DNA of 64,000 nucleotides, taken from Scyliorhinus canicula. Its lineage: Eukaryota. The position numbers and the translations under genes were made by a program. Below the pieces are notes generated by a model. The model saw nothing but the letters and a program-made list of their open reading frames with translations, was not told the origin of the DNA and searched no databases. Position 1 is the first letter of the stretch; each line of letters begins with the position of its first letter. The stretch lies in assembly GCF_902713615.1 (NCBI RefSeq), contig NC_052150.1:156045155-156109154 (forward strand). The letters run 5' to 3'. This document shows, one piece after another, positions 37,563 through 49,099 of this stretch.

Positions 37563-37688
37563 GGGCTGGATTCTTCCGCCCCGCCCGCCGCACCAATGCC
37601 ATGTGCGAGCCATGGACAATGGAGAAGTCCATGGACCTCGGGCGGGATTCTCCAGTCGCCGAGAGGATGTGGCCGGAGAATCCAGCCT
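37563..37688. mobile_element. Harbinger-type MITE
   Basis: GGGCTGGATTC...GAATCCAGCCT termini. Confidence 0.7.
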
Positions 37689-37689
37689 C

Positions 37690-39662
37690 TACTGAGAAAG
37701 GATCAGCATTCAAGAAACAGGTAAAGTTTGGGCTGTTGTACCCGGCCCGCCTCTGGGTCACACATGAGGAACAACATTTCTATTTAGAGTTGCCAGAGGA
37801 AGCGCTGGACTTCACGAAAAGGAAAGGACTGGTGTTGGACTGAGAACTTTGAATTTGGCTGTAGCGTTTATGTTTTGCAAAGAAAAAGTTTTTTGTTTCT
37901 TGTTTTTTTTCCCCCCGGACATTATTTGTAATGCCTGCTGTATGGATCTGGGACCAGCTGCAGAGCTGAGTGAGGTAAAAGTTTGTATTTGCACTGTTGG
38001 GGGATGTAGGTGTGTTTGTTCAGATGCTGGATCTTTTGCTTGACCTTTTCCTTTGTTCGAGTTCAACTAGGGTTTTTTTTTCATCTCTTCAGACAATTGT
38101 GTTGGGATTGTTTTTCATTTGAATATGCATGTATGAGTGGGGGGGGGGGGGGGGGGGGGGGGGGAAGGGACAATAGGTGGGAGACTGTCTGGCGCCAGGG
38201 GCGAGGGCTACCAAGCTAGCTGGATGGGCTAGCATACAAAAACGTTGTGGGGGGTGAACAGATGTTAGGCTTATCGAAGGGGTTAATTTATTTAGTGCTG
38301 CTACTAGGGAGGTGGGGGGGGGGGGGATGTTCTGCTGCTGAGGGAGGGACTGTTGCTAAGGGACAGAGAGAAGGTCGGGGGCGAAGGCTGCCTGGGGGCG
38401 GGCTAGTGGAAGCACGGGGCGTGGGCTGAGACTGGCCCAAGAGAGGGGATGGCTGATCGGCAGAGTGGAGGGTGGGGTGTGGGGGGGAGGGGTGATGAGC
38501 TCCCCAACTAGGGTCACCTGGAATGTAAGAGGGCTCAATGGGTCGGTCAAGAGGGCACGCGTGTTCGCGCATCTGAGGGGACTGAAGGTGGATGTGGTAA
38601 TGTTGCAGGCGACGGATCTTAAGAGTAGCTGATCAGATTAGGTTAAGGAAAAGTTGGGTCAGACGGTTTTCCACTCAGGACTGGACTCAAAGACCAGAGG
38701 GGTCGCGATCCTGATCAACAAGCGAGCCGTGTTTGAGGTGGGTAGAAAAAATTTCAGATGGGGGAGGCCGGTACATTTTGGTCAGTGGGAATTTGGAGGG
38801 GGTGCAGTTGGTATTAGTAAATGTATACGCACCAAACTGGGACGATGTAGAGTTTATAAAGAGGATGCTGGGGAAGATACCGGACCTGGATTCGCAAGAG
38901 CTGGTGGTGGGAGGGGAGTTCAATACAGTTATTGACCCTGGTTTAGACCGGTCAAGCTCAAAAACGGGCAGGGTGCCAGCAATGGCTACGGAGCTAAAAG
39001 GGTTCATGGAGGGTGGACCCATGGTGATTTGGGCAATCAAGAGTAAAGGAGTTCTCCTTCTACTCACAAGTGCATAAAGTGTACTCCCGGATCGATTTCT
39101 TCATTCTGAGTAGGGCTTTACTGACGGGGGTGGTTGACACGGGGTACTCTGCGATTACAATCTCAAACCATGCCCCGCACTGGGTTGACCTACAGGTTAG
39201 TAAAGACAGTAACCAGCGCTCGCACTGGAGATTAGACGTGGGGCTCTTAGCGAACAAGGTGTGCGGGCAGTTGAGGAAATGTATTCAGAATTACCTGGAG
39301 GTCAATGACACGGGGGAAATTTCAGCAGCGGTGGTCTGGGAGGCATTGAAGGCGGTGGTTAGAGGGGATACGGGCCCACAGGGAGAAGGTAGACAGAGCA
39401 GAGACGGACCGACTGGTAAAGGAGATACTACTGTTTGACAGGAGATATGCGGAGACCCCAGAGGCAGGGCTTCTAAGGGAACGGATGAGGCTACAGGCGA
39501 TGGAGCAGCTGAGAAAGGCAGGGGGGTGGGGGGGGGGGGGGGGGGTGCGTGTGTGTGTGTGATCTATGAGCACGGAGAGAAGGCCAGCAGAATGCTTGCA
39601 CAGCAGCTTAGAAAGAGGGAGGCAGCCAGGGAGATAGGGAAATTAAAGGATGGAGACGGGAA
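37690..39662 (+). mobile_element. Internal L1 fragment (ORF1 end, spacer, ORF2 endonuclease)
   Basis: KFGLLYPARLWV...PEEA; TWNVRGL, VNVYAPNWDD, YSRIDFF, SNHAP. Confidence 0.88.
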
Positions 39663-39819
39663 TTGGCCATAATAAAATTGCCTTTTGTGTCCAAAAAAAG
39701 GGGTTACTCGTATGGGGCTTGGATGGAGGTGTGGGTTTGTAGGGTTCTCTTTCCAAGGGCCGGTGCAGACCCGATGAGCCAAACAGCCTCCTTCTGCACT
39801 GTAAATTCTATGAAATTCT

Positions 39820-40075
39820 ATGTATCCTCTGACAATCCTCAACACTATCTGCCACTCCACCAACCTTGGTGTCATCAGTGAACTTACTAATCAGACCAGC
39901 TACATTTTCCTCCAAATCGTTTAAGTATGCTACAAACAACAGAAGTCCCAGCACAGATCCCTGTGGAACATCACAATCTTCCATTCAGAAAAACACCCTT
40001 CTACTACTACCCTGTGCCTTCTGTGACCGAGCCAATTCTGTATCCATCTAACCACCTCACCTCTGATCCCATGTG
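39820..40075 (-). mobile_element. CR1 RT fragment
   Basis: VPQGSVLG and ADDTK-like motifs on the minus strand. Confidence 0.75.
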
Positions 40076-40123
40076 GGGATCATCAGAATAATGAAAATTT
40101 TCAAATTATTTACTAGAACTTAC

Positions 40124-40214
40124 AATCAATTCGTCTTCCAGCTTGTTCAATGTCAACTCGGCATCATCCTCAATTAATGCTTCCTCTTCCATTTCCTCTG
40201 CTGGATACACAGGC
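40124..40214 (-). CDS. IFT57: IFT57 exon 4
   Basis: PVYPAEEMEEEALIEDDAELTLNKLEDELI; tttag| and |gtaagt; 91 nt. Confidence 0.96.
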
Positions 40215-40557
40215 CTAAATCGATACAGCTGTGATTAAAAACAGAACTCATTCCCAAGTATGTCACGCATACTATGCATTTAACCACAAAGGTATTACAT
40301 TATACTATTTTCAAACAGCATAACCAGTATCTCCCCATAATGAATGTTAGTTTTATCAATGTAAAATCTTATCAAAAATGTTTTGAAGAGTAACTTATTT
40401 CTGTTCTAAGAAAACTTGCAAATTGTACAGAAATTGTATTTTGATACTCAAGTGTCAGCTCTCTGAATTCTGAAAGATTTTTTCAACTTTCAAAATATTA
40501 GTCTTGAAATGGCATGACTGTGCTCCCAATGTGTAATCTTGTACAACACAAGGGCAA

Positions 40558-40844
40558 GATGTGGAGATGCAGGCGTTGGACTGGGGTGGGCACAATAAGA
40601 AGGGTGGGCACAGTAAGAAGTCTTCAACAGGTTAAAGTCCAACAGGTTTGTTTCGAATCACGCTCGGTGGTCGCATAACTATTTAGCATGTGGGAGTCCC
40701 GTTCGTTATCTGAATTAACCAAACAAATCACTCCACCAACTGAGAATGGCCATGCACCTGGTTAATTCTGATAACGAACGGGACTCCCACATGCTAAATA
40801 GTTACGTGACCCCCGAGCGTGATTTGAAACAAACCTGTAGGACT
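40558..40844 (-). mobile_element. Penelope-type fold-back insertion carrying a captured 18S rRNA piece
   Basis: Arms 40558-40661 and 40819-40844 match the 3' part of the repeats at 43025-43240 and 55535-55744. Confidence 0.8.
40662..40818. pseudogene. 18S rRNA fragment present twice in inverted orientation (40662-40758 minus; 40758-40818 plus)
   Basis: Matches conserved eukaryotic 18S GGTGCATGGCCGTTCTTAGTTGGTGGAGCGATTTGTCTGGTTAATTCCGATAACGAACGAGACTC...TAGTTACGCGACCCCCGAGC with scattered substitutions. Confidence 0.92.
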
Positions 40845-41346
40845 CCTCACTGTAACATAATGGTAGATCAAGGAAATGGCTGCTTTGTCCAGAGCACCAA
40901 AATTCTATGAAATATTATAATATGCACCTGGTTCACCACCTTCTATTTGGAAATATATTGAATACATTTATGCCAAATCAATGCACTTCCCCATTATAAA
41001 ATATATGCACATGAACTGCAACATGAGTACAACTCTAGGCACCTCATTGATGGAAGGTCCAGTATTAAAAGTTTTTCTCTCTTTCTGCTCTATCCCATCT
41101 TATTCCTTTTTGACTCCCCTTCCAAGACTATTCCCATGTCCCCATCTCTCTTATTGTACCCTTTTTATGGCTTAATTATTCACACTCTCCAAGACTGGTT
41201 GATCTGAAGATTTCTCTTGGCCCTGATTCTTAGCATGCATTTCCAGGAGAGAACAATTACTATGCAAAGGAAAACTAGATGCTCATTTAGTGGCAGTCTC
41301 CACGTTGCACAGAACTACACAAGTCAAACCTCCATCAAGTTCTTAC

Positions 41347-41465
41347 CTCTTCCAATTAAAGCCAGTATGCTTCAGAGCTTCTTCAGCTAAGCGATCCAGA
41401 ACATAACACACCTGCTCTCCATAACCTTGCTTCAGTTTGGAGGGAGGGAAATCTACTGAGCCACC
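41347..41465 (-). CDS. IFT57: IFT57 exon 3
   Basis: GGSVDFPPSKLKQGYGEQVCYVLDRLAEEALKHTGFNWK; ttttag| and |gtaaga; 119 nt. Confidence 0.97.
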
Positions 41466-43074
41466 CTAAAAGGTTTGAATAGAAGCACAGAAATTGATTA
41501 TAGCCTGCAGCTGTTAAAAGGCTACTGAAGAGTGCTGTGGGCCTTTCAACAGAAACATGCTGTTTTACGAACATATGTATTAACGAAGATCATTAGCTGC
41601 CATTATGAGGATTATAACCAGGATAATGAAAAATACTGTAATTTTACAACAAACCAATAACACATCAATGCTTGCTATGGATTGTTTAACCACAATCAGC
41701 AAAATTAACCAATTTTGTCGAATTAAATTTTGAAGCATCTTTTTGACATTAATGAAAAACAGTGAAAGAAATTCACAAAACAATTTCCATAATTTTAAAC
41801 ATTTATTAAAGTGAAAATCCTTTCAAAGCATAAAAATAGAAAATAACAAAAAATAGCAAAGGTGTCTTAGCTGGTGAGTAATAAGGCCATTGGCAGCAGA
41901 CTTTTCCAGCTTCAATGCTGGAAGTGTGATGTTAGATAATCTCACTCAGGGATTTGTAGAAGCACTTGAACTGATTTCAATGCTCTTGGGTTAAAGAATG
42001 TAAAAGCAGCAGGGTACATGATGCTGACTGCAAGGTGGATGTTAGGGGAGGGGATACAGGACTGTACTCAGCCAGAGCAGCTTCAATGGTTGAATAGCCT
42101 GTCAACACCTAATGCAAGTAATCAATACCACCAGGAGGTAGAGGATATGGGAGAAAACAGCAAAACATTTGTATGGACAACAGGATAAAAAGAACAAAAA
42201 GAAGTTCCCATTAATCAATTTGTGCTCTGCTACTAAGCAGATTTATCTGCAGTATATTACTTTCAGAAATGCACTCTGCTCAAGTTTGATTAAGGGAGCC
42301 AAATAAATTTGGATTTTAAGCAATGCCACATGTTTGGACAGAGGGCGGCAGGTTAATTTTGGATTACGAAACCTTTGTCAGAACACACTGCTGAAAGGAG
42401 TCTGTGCCCAGGATGTTGATCCATATCTCCCCACTCTTTGTGACAGTCACACCCTCTGTGTTGTCAGTATTTTCTTTCATTTCGAGTTTTACAGCACAGA
42501 AAGAGACCCTTTGTGTCTGCGCCAGCCATTAAGCACCTATCTATTCCAATCGCATTTTCCAGTAGTTGGTCCATTGCTGCTCATCCAAATGTTTCTTAAA
42601 TGTTGTGAGGGCTCACACCTCTACCACCCTTTTGGATAGTGAGCTCCAGATTCCCAACATCGTCTAGTTGAACATGTGTTTCCTCAAATCCCATCTAAAT
42701 CTCCTGTCCCTTACCTTAAATCTATGCACCCTGGTTATTGACCCCTCTGCTAAGGAGAAATGTTTCTCCTTATCTACGTCCCTCAGAATTTTGTACACCT
42801 CAATCAGGTTCTGCATCAATACAAACCCAGCCTAACCAGCCTCTCGATAGTTGAAACTTTCCAGCCCGGCAACATCCAGGTGAATCTCCTCTGCACCCTT
42901 TCTAGCGCAACCACATCCTTTCTACAGTGTGGCGCCCAGAACTATACACAGTGCTTTAGCTGTGGCCTAATGAACCTTTTATACAACTCCATCATAACAT
43001 CCCTGCTCTTGCCTTTATTAGCTGAGTAAAAAGTCTTACAACACCAGGTTAAAGTCCAACAGGTTTGTTTCGAA

Positions 43075-43111
43075 TCACTAGCTTTCGGAGCACTGCTCCT
43101 TCCTCAGGTGA
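43075..43111 (-). ncRNA. Minimal type I hammerhead ribozyme motif
   Basis: TCAC-CTGAGGA-AGGAGC AGT GCTCC-GAA-AGCT-A-GTGA: stem I, CUGANGA core, stem II, GAAA, palindromic stem III, NUH site. Confidence 0.75.
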
Positions 43112-43118
43112 ATCCGAT

Positions 43119-43155
43119 TCACCTGAGGAAGGAGCAGTGTTCCGAAAGCTAGTGA
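43119..43155 (+). ncRNA. Minimal type I hammerhead ribozyme motif (mirror copy)
   Basis: Same motif with one G-U wobble in stem II. Confidence 0.72.
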
Positions 43156-44564
43156 TTCAAAACAAACCTGTTGGACTTTAACCTGGTGTTTCAAGACTTC
43201 TTACTGTGCTCACCCCAGTCCAACACCAGCATCTCCACATCACCTCTATTAGCTACGGCATAGAATATAAGTAAGTAATGCATGTGCCTTCTTAACCACC
43301 TCATCTTCCAGTCTTGCTGCTTCAGGAATCTTTGGACATGCATCCCAAGGGTCCTCTGTACTTCCAAACATCCTGTCATTCATTTTGTAATATTTTGCCT
43401 CGTTATTCCTCCCAAAATACATCACCTCTCACTTTTCAGGGTTAAATTCCATTTACTGCTATTCTTCCTGTCTGATTAGCCACTCCATAATACTGTATCA
43501 TCCTGTAATCTAAGGCTTTCCTCATTGTTATTTATCACACCACCAATTTTCTGACCATACCTCCCATATTCATGCCAAGAAATTAATGTGCACTTCAAGC
43601 AGCAAAGAACCCAGCACTGATCCATATGCACAGGTCTCCAGTCATAAAATCAGACTCCGTAACGACCCTCTTATGGACTGACCTGATTAATACTACACTC
43701 CGGTGTGCTTCATCTGATGCCGGTGTCTATGTATTTACATTCTGTACCTTATGTTGCCCTATTATGTATTTTCTTTTCATGTTCTAAATTATCTGTTTGA
43801 GCTGCTTTCAGAAAAATATTTATCACTGTACCTCTGTACACGTGGCAGGAATCAAGTCCAATCCAAATCAACTTTCAACCATCATCCTATGCCTCCTGCC
43901 AAATTGGATCCAATTTGCCAAATTTTCCTGGATCCCATATGTTCTTACAAGTCTTTTTTCTACTTGACCAGTCTCCCACGTGGGACCTTGTCGAATGTCT
44001 TAGTGAAGTCCATGTAAATGTAAACTACATCAACTGCACTGCCCTCATCTACATACCGAGCTAACTCCTTGAGAAATTCAATAAAATTTGTTAGGCATGA
44101 CCTCCCTTTGACAAAGTCATGCTGACTTTCCTGGATTAATCCTTACCTCTCCAAGTGGAGATTAATTCTGTTCCTCAGAATTTTTTCCAATAATTTCTCT
44201 GCCACTGACGTTAGACCCACTGACCTGTAATTACATGTTTTTTTCCTATTTCCCTTCTTGAATAATGGTAACATTTTAGCTATCCTCTGGTGCTCTGGCA
44301 CCTCATCTGTGGCAGACCAGGTTTGAAAATTAGTATTAGATTCCCTGCAACCTCTTTACTTGTCTCATACAGCAACCTAGGATACATCTCATCTGGGCCT
44401 GGAGATTTATCCACTTTTAAGCCCGCTAAAACCACCAGCATCCCTTCCCTCTTGATGCTAAGCTGTTTAATTAAATCACAGTACCTCTCCTGCTTGCTAT
44501 ACCTACTGAATACCTTACTGTGTCATGAATATTCTGTGTTGCTATTATTTCTGCTTATTGCGAC

Positions 44565-44862
44565 AAAGTAGCACAGTGATTAGCACTGTTGCTTTACAGT
44601 GCCAGGGTCCCAGGTTTGATTCCTGGCTTGGGTCACTGTCTGTGTGGACTCTGCACGTTCTCCCTGTGTCTGCGTGGAGTTCCTCCGGGTGCTGCGGTTT
44701 CCTCCCACAAGCCCCGAAAGACGTGCTGTTAGGTAATTTGGACATTCTGAATTCTCCCTCTGTGTGAACAGGCACCGGAATGTGGCAACTGGAGGATTTT
44801 CACAGTAACTTCACTGCAGTGTTAATGTAAGCCTACTTGTGACAATCAAGATTATTATTATT
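44565..44862 (+). mobile_element. SINE with V-SINE-type core and a non-CR1 tail
   Basis: Tail ggaatgtggc...aagcctacttgtgacaa...(att)n shared with 53190-53290 and 56600-56685. Confidence 0.85.
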
Positions 44863-45494
44863 ACTCATGTCGCAATGCAAGATAACCTTCTAAACTGCCC
44901 CAATTTTCCATCATCTATTGAGACTAACACCCGTTCTCAAGTCATGTTTTCTAATTACAGTTTAATGTGACCACGATATTTGAATTAGTTAGATGACATG
45001 ATGACTACTGACAACCTTTTTTTTCCCCTTACCATATTCTACAAATATTTTGTTACTTTTCGGACAGTTGGCAGGGACAGGGATGGAGTCAGTACCTGGG
45101 GTGTGGAGTTTGGATCAGAGACCAAAGACAATGGCTTCAGGCTCCAATATTTAACCAGAAGAAATTTCTCCTCATCCAGCCTGATAAGCAGTGATATTTT
45201 CACAACAGTGGGGGAGTTGAGAGGGGCAGTGGTGAGGTGGAGCTGGGTGTTGTCAATTTACATGTGAAAACTATTATTGTGCTTTTGGATGTTGCCGAGG
45301 GGCAGCGTGGAGATGAGAAACAGTTCCATTAAAGAAGCTACGTACAAGTTGTTGTATTTAAAGAGAAAACTTTCTGCTGTTTGACATTCTTAGTACAACT
45401 GTAAATTTCACAAAATTAGCAACAGTAAGTCGAAACATATAAACTTTGAGTACTAAAGAGTCAATTTAAATATATGCTTGAATTCTACAGCCTC

Positions 45495-45668
45495 TCGCTG
45501 GGATTCTCTGGTCCCGCTGGCAGCACACCCCCTTCCACGGGTTTTCCGGCGGCATGGGGTGGCTTCATTGGGAAACCCCATTGACAGAGCCAGAAATAGT
45601 GAATTCTATTGGCAGTGAACGGCATGCTGCCAGGAAACATGCGGTTGGGAAGCCGGAGAAGCCTGCCC
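45495..45668. mobile_element. Degenerate Harbinger-type MITE
   Basis: gggattctc...ggagaagcctgccc termini; gggaaaccccattg core. Confidence 0.6.
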
Positions 45669-46079
45669 ATAAATTATGTTTTTTCAGAAACATTACTGCA
45701 AAAACAAAACACACATTCTGGTCACATCAACACAAGTTCGATCGAAAGCAAAGTCAAAAGTTACGCGAGTTTACAATGGTCCATTTATCATAGTAACACT
45801 ATTGATTATCAAAGAAAAGATTAATTTAGCTGTTCTGTAAAGGGACATTTTTTCCTTTTGACAGAAAATTGTAAAGACTTGGATAGTTCTAGACATTTAA
45901 TTACACATATATATATGCAGGAAGATCTAGAAAGTACATAAGAGGTAATGTTGAATAAAATTCAGCACTTTCTATGACAATATTTCCTTGCAAATTTGTT
46001 GTTTGTAAAGTGGGCGTAAAATTTTATTACAGCAAGCAGTGTTAAATTCATCATTGTGAGTTTAACTTCTAACACTTAC

Positions 46080-46242
46080 CAAAGCACGGAGTCCTGTCAG
46101 AATATTTGATATTGTTGCATTTGGATCATCATATTCTTGGGGCTGTTCAAAAACGCGTCCTGACTGGTTTAACAACCAAGCTGCCAGAGATGTAAACATG
46201 TAGAACTGCTCGCCAGGGTTTGTGGGGAGAGCAAAGTAGTGT
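46080..46242 (-). CDS. IFT57: IFT57 exon 2
   Basis: HYFALPTNPGEQFYMFTSLAAWLLNQSGRVFEQPQEYDDPNATISNILTGLRAL; acag| acceptor, |gtaagt donor; 163 nt. Confidence 0.97.
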
Positions 46243-46610
46243 CTGTTCAAATAAGTATTTAATAGATAACTAGAATATATCAACACAGGCTTATCAATTA
46301 TATTTAACATGACAACGCTTTAAGATCACAGGTGGCCCATATGCTCTATAATCTCCTCTGCCCTCCCCAGAACATTGAAAATTTGTTGGAGCTGATGCAA
46401 AGCTAATGAAAAGCAGAAATATGAAGCATTTCATTTGACGCTTTGGAAGCATCTGAGTATATTGCTGCAATGGTTTATTCCAAGGAGGTAGTACAGGGCT
46501 TAGGCTCCAGATCTGCTTTAGACAACATTCGAGGATAGGAGGAGCAGGGAATGCTGTCTGTGAGAACATAAAATATGGAATGTAGAATTGTAATAAGCCA
46601 CTGAAACACA

Positions 46611-47301
46611 GGGCGCGATTCTCCGTTCCCACGCCGGGTGGGAGAATCGCGGGAGGGCCGCTCTGGCACCCCCCGCGATTCTCCCACCCCCCACTAAATG
46701 GCGTGTCGCGTTTTGCGACACGCCGCTTGGAGAATCGCGGGCCGCCGTTTTTCACGGCGGCCCACGATTCTCCGACCCGGATGGGCCGAGCGGCCGGCCG
46801 TTCCCGACCGGTTCACGCCGGCGGCAACCACACCTGGTCGCTGCCGACGTGAACATGGCGCCAGCAGCTGTTTTGCAGCTTGTGGGGGGCGGAGAGGGGA
46901 GTGAGCAACACGACCGTGCTCGGGAGGGGACTGGCCCGCGATCGGTGCCCACCGATCGTTGGGCCGGCGTCTCAACAGGACGCACTCTTTCCCCTCCGCC
47001 GCCCCGCAAGATCAAGCCGCCACGTCTTGCGGAGCAGCGGAGGGGAAGACGGCAACCGCGCATGCGCGGGTTTGAGCCGTCATGACGTCAGCTGCGCATG
47101 CGCGGGTTGGAGCCGGCCAACCTGCACATGCGCGGCTGACGTCATTAGGCGCACCGGCCACGTCATTCTCGGCGCGCCGGGCCTTGACGCCAGCGCCCGC
47201 GTGGGGGAGGGGGGAAATAGGGAGCCAGGTGCTGCCTCCGACGCCGTCGTGAACCTCTCCGGGTTTCACGACGGCATCGGGCCTTGCGGAGAATTCCGCC
47301 C
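46611..47301. mobile_element. CpG-rich Harbinger-type MITE
   Basis: TIRs GGGCGCGATTCTCCG...CGGAGAATTCCGCCC; homologous to 35679-36337. Confidence 0.88.
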
Positions 47302-47309
47302 AAGATATT

Positions 47310-47810
47310 TGATCGAAGCTTCTGTCTTGACTCGTCTAGATAATCGCAAGAATACTAATGTCAATGGAAACAACAAATTTATAGTGTACAAAAAGAGACT
47401 GCTGACTGGTTAGTCAGTGGACTCAGGTCGGTAGAGGTGTTGTCATGGAGAATGCACCAGTTCACGGTGACTGACAGTTAACTGCCAAGCATTATTTGAA
47501 AATCTAAAGCAGGTAGCTTGATTCATTCCTCAGGGCAATGCCCTCACCAATCAGAGTCAGGTTGTCTGGTTTAAATTTTCAAACAATGCTTGGCAGTTAA
47601 CTGTCAGTTACCATTCACTGGAGCATTGTCCATGGCAACATCTTCATCAATCAGAGTCCACTTGCCAACCAATCAGCATTCCCTTTGTATACCGTATAAA
47701 GTTGTTGCTTCCCCTGACATTGATATTCTTGCAATTATCCCAACGAGTGTAAGATGAAAAGTTTCAACTAAATGTATTTTTTCAACAATACTCAAGATCT
47801 GTACTATAAA
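47310..47810. repeat. Old long fold-back repeat (Penelope-like)
   Basis: Imperfect inverted arms at about 47310-47525 and 47555-47770. Confidence 0.7.
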
Positions 47811-48239
47811 ACAACTAAAGAAAAAGAACAGAACGCTAATAATATTCTTATAGTAATATTATGACAGTTCAGTCCACACAAGGATAGCATTTAGTGGGCC
47901 ATTCAGTCCAGTGCACTTGTGACACTAGCTTTTCAACTGAAGCTAATTTGTTGAAATATAATTTATGTTCCATTACAAATATTAGCCAATTATTTTTAAG
48001 TTATGGTTTTATTGCTCAATCATTTGTCTATAATTCTCCCACTCCCCTATTATTTTACTGATAATTCCCATTGTTACTGATTTATGAACCACCACAAATA
48101 TTTTCACTATTTATCTTGACAACTTTGAAAATTTCCATTCGATTTTTTCGTTAACATTTCAATGATACCCACTTATTTTTCCAGAACTAGTCAGTTTTAA
48201 CTCAATGATGGGCGTTCATGTGCAAACCAGCAGATAGTC

Positions 48240-48950
48240 CTCTCAAGCTTCACTCGAGGCACCAGCAAATAATCCAGACTAAAACTTCAGTTAGGAGTGT
48301 TGCACTGCAGGTGATACCAAAGGAGACATTCAACCAAAAGACCTAGCTGTCCTTTTTTATGCAAAAAGATCCTCCCCACCATTCAAACAGCAGGCGAGTT
48401 CTCAAAGTTGCCCACATCTATCTCTCAACCCACAGGGTGAAGGCGTGGGCTTGGGTAGGGTGATCTTTCCAGGGGCCGCTGCAGACACAATAGGCCGGAT
48501 GGCTTCCTTCTGCACTATAAATTCTATGATGCTAACACGTAAAACAACTGTTCGGGTCATTTATTAAATAGCTATTTTAGAACAGTACAGCACAGAACAG
48601 GCCCTTCAGCCCTCGATGTTATACCGAGCAATGATCACCCTACTCAAACTCACGGATCCACCCTATACCCGTAACCCAACAACCCCCCCCTTAATCTTAC
48701 TTTTTAGGACACTACGGGCAATTTAGCATGGCCAATCCACCTAACCCCGCACATCTTTGGACTGTGGGAGGAAACCGGAGCACCCGGAGGAAACCCACGC
48801 ACACACGGGGAGGACGTGCAGACTCCACACAGACAGTGACCCAGCCGGGAATCGAACATGGGACCCTGGAGCTGTGAAGCATTGATGCTAACCACTATGC
48901 TACCATGCTGCTATTTGTGGAACTTTGCTGTGCACATATTGGCTCATGCA
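48240..48950 (+). mobile_element. Old DeuSINE-like remnant interrupted by younger SINEs
   Basis: gctatttgtggaactttgctgtgcacatattggct resembles the Deu domain; Deu-type tails also at about 8870-8985 and 33085-33150. Confidence 0.55.
48578..48909 (-). mobile_element. HE1-type SINE
   Basis: Full head, core and tail; flanked by GCTATTT. Confidence 0.92.
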
Positions 48951-49099
48951 TTCGTTTAGGGTAGGGTGATCTTTCCAGGGGCCGGTGCAGACACGATGGG
49001 CCGGATGCACTAGATTATGGCCCAAACGATATAGATCGCTTTCTTTTAACATTTAAAGATTCGATATGTGAGACTCCGAATGTTATGAGGACTTGGAGA

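Larger units (their letters stand above)
43025..43240 (+). repeat. Penelope-type fold-back mini-element
   Basis: About 90-bp inverted arms centred on 43115, then conserved 3' end CATCTCCACATC. Confidence 0.85.
42480..44460 (-). mobile_element. CR1 LINE fragments
   Basis: KSPGPD, SQHDFVKG, MDFTKTFDKVP and the CR1 3' end on the minus strand. Confidence 0.8.

Noticed and set aside
36944-37843. 299-aa plus-strand ORF
   Set aside because: Chimeric read-through of old repeat sequence, a MITE and the L1 ORF1 tail; antisense within an IFT57 intron
40662-40818. Functional rRNA gene or contamination
   Set aside because: Under 100 nt, mutated, inverted-duplicated and embedded in repeat arms inside an intron
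35679-47301. CpG islands at 35.7-36.3 kb and 46.6-47.3 kb as promoters, and their ORFs
   Set aside because: Both are copies of one TIR-bounded MITE
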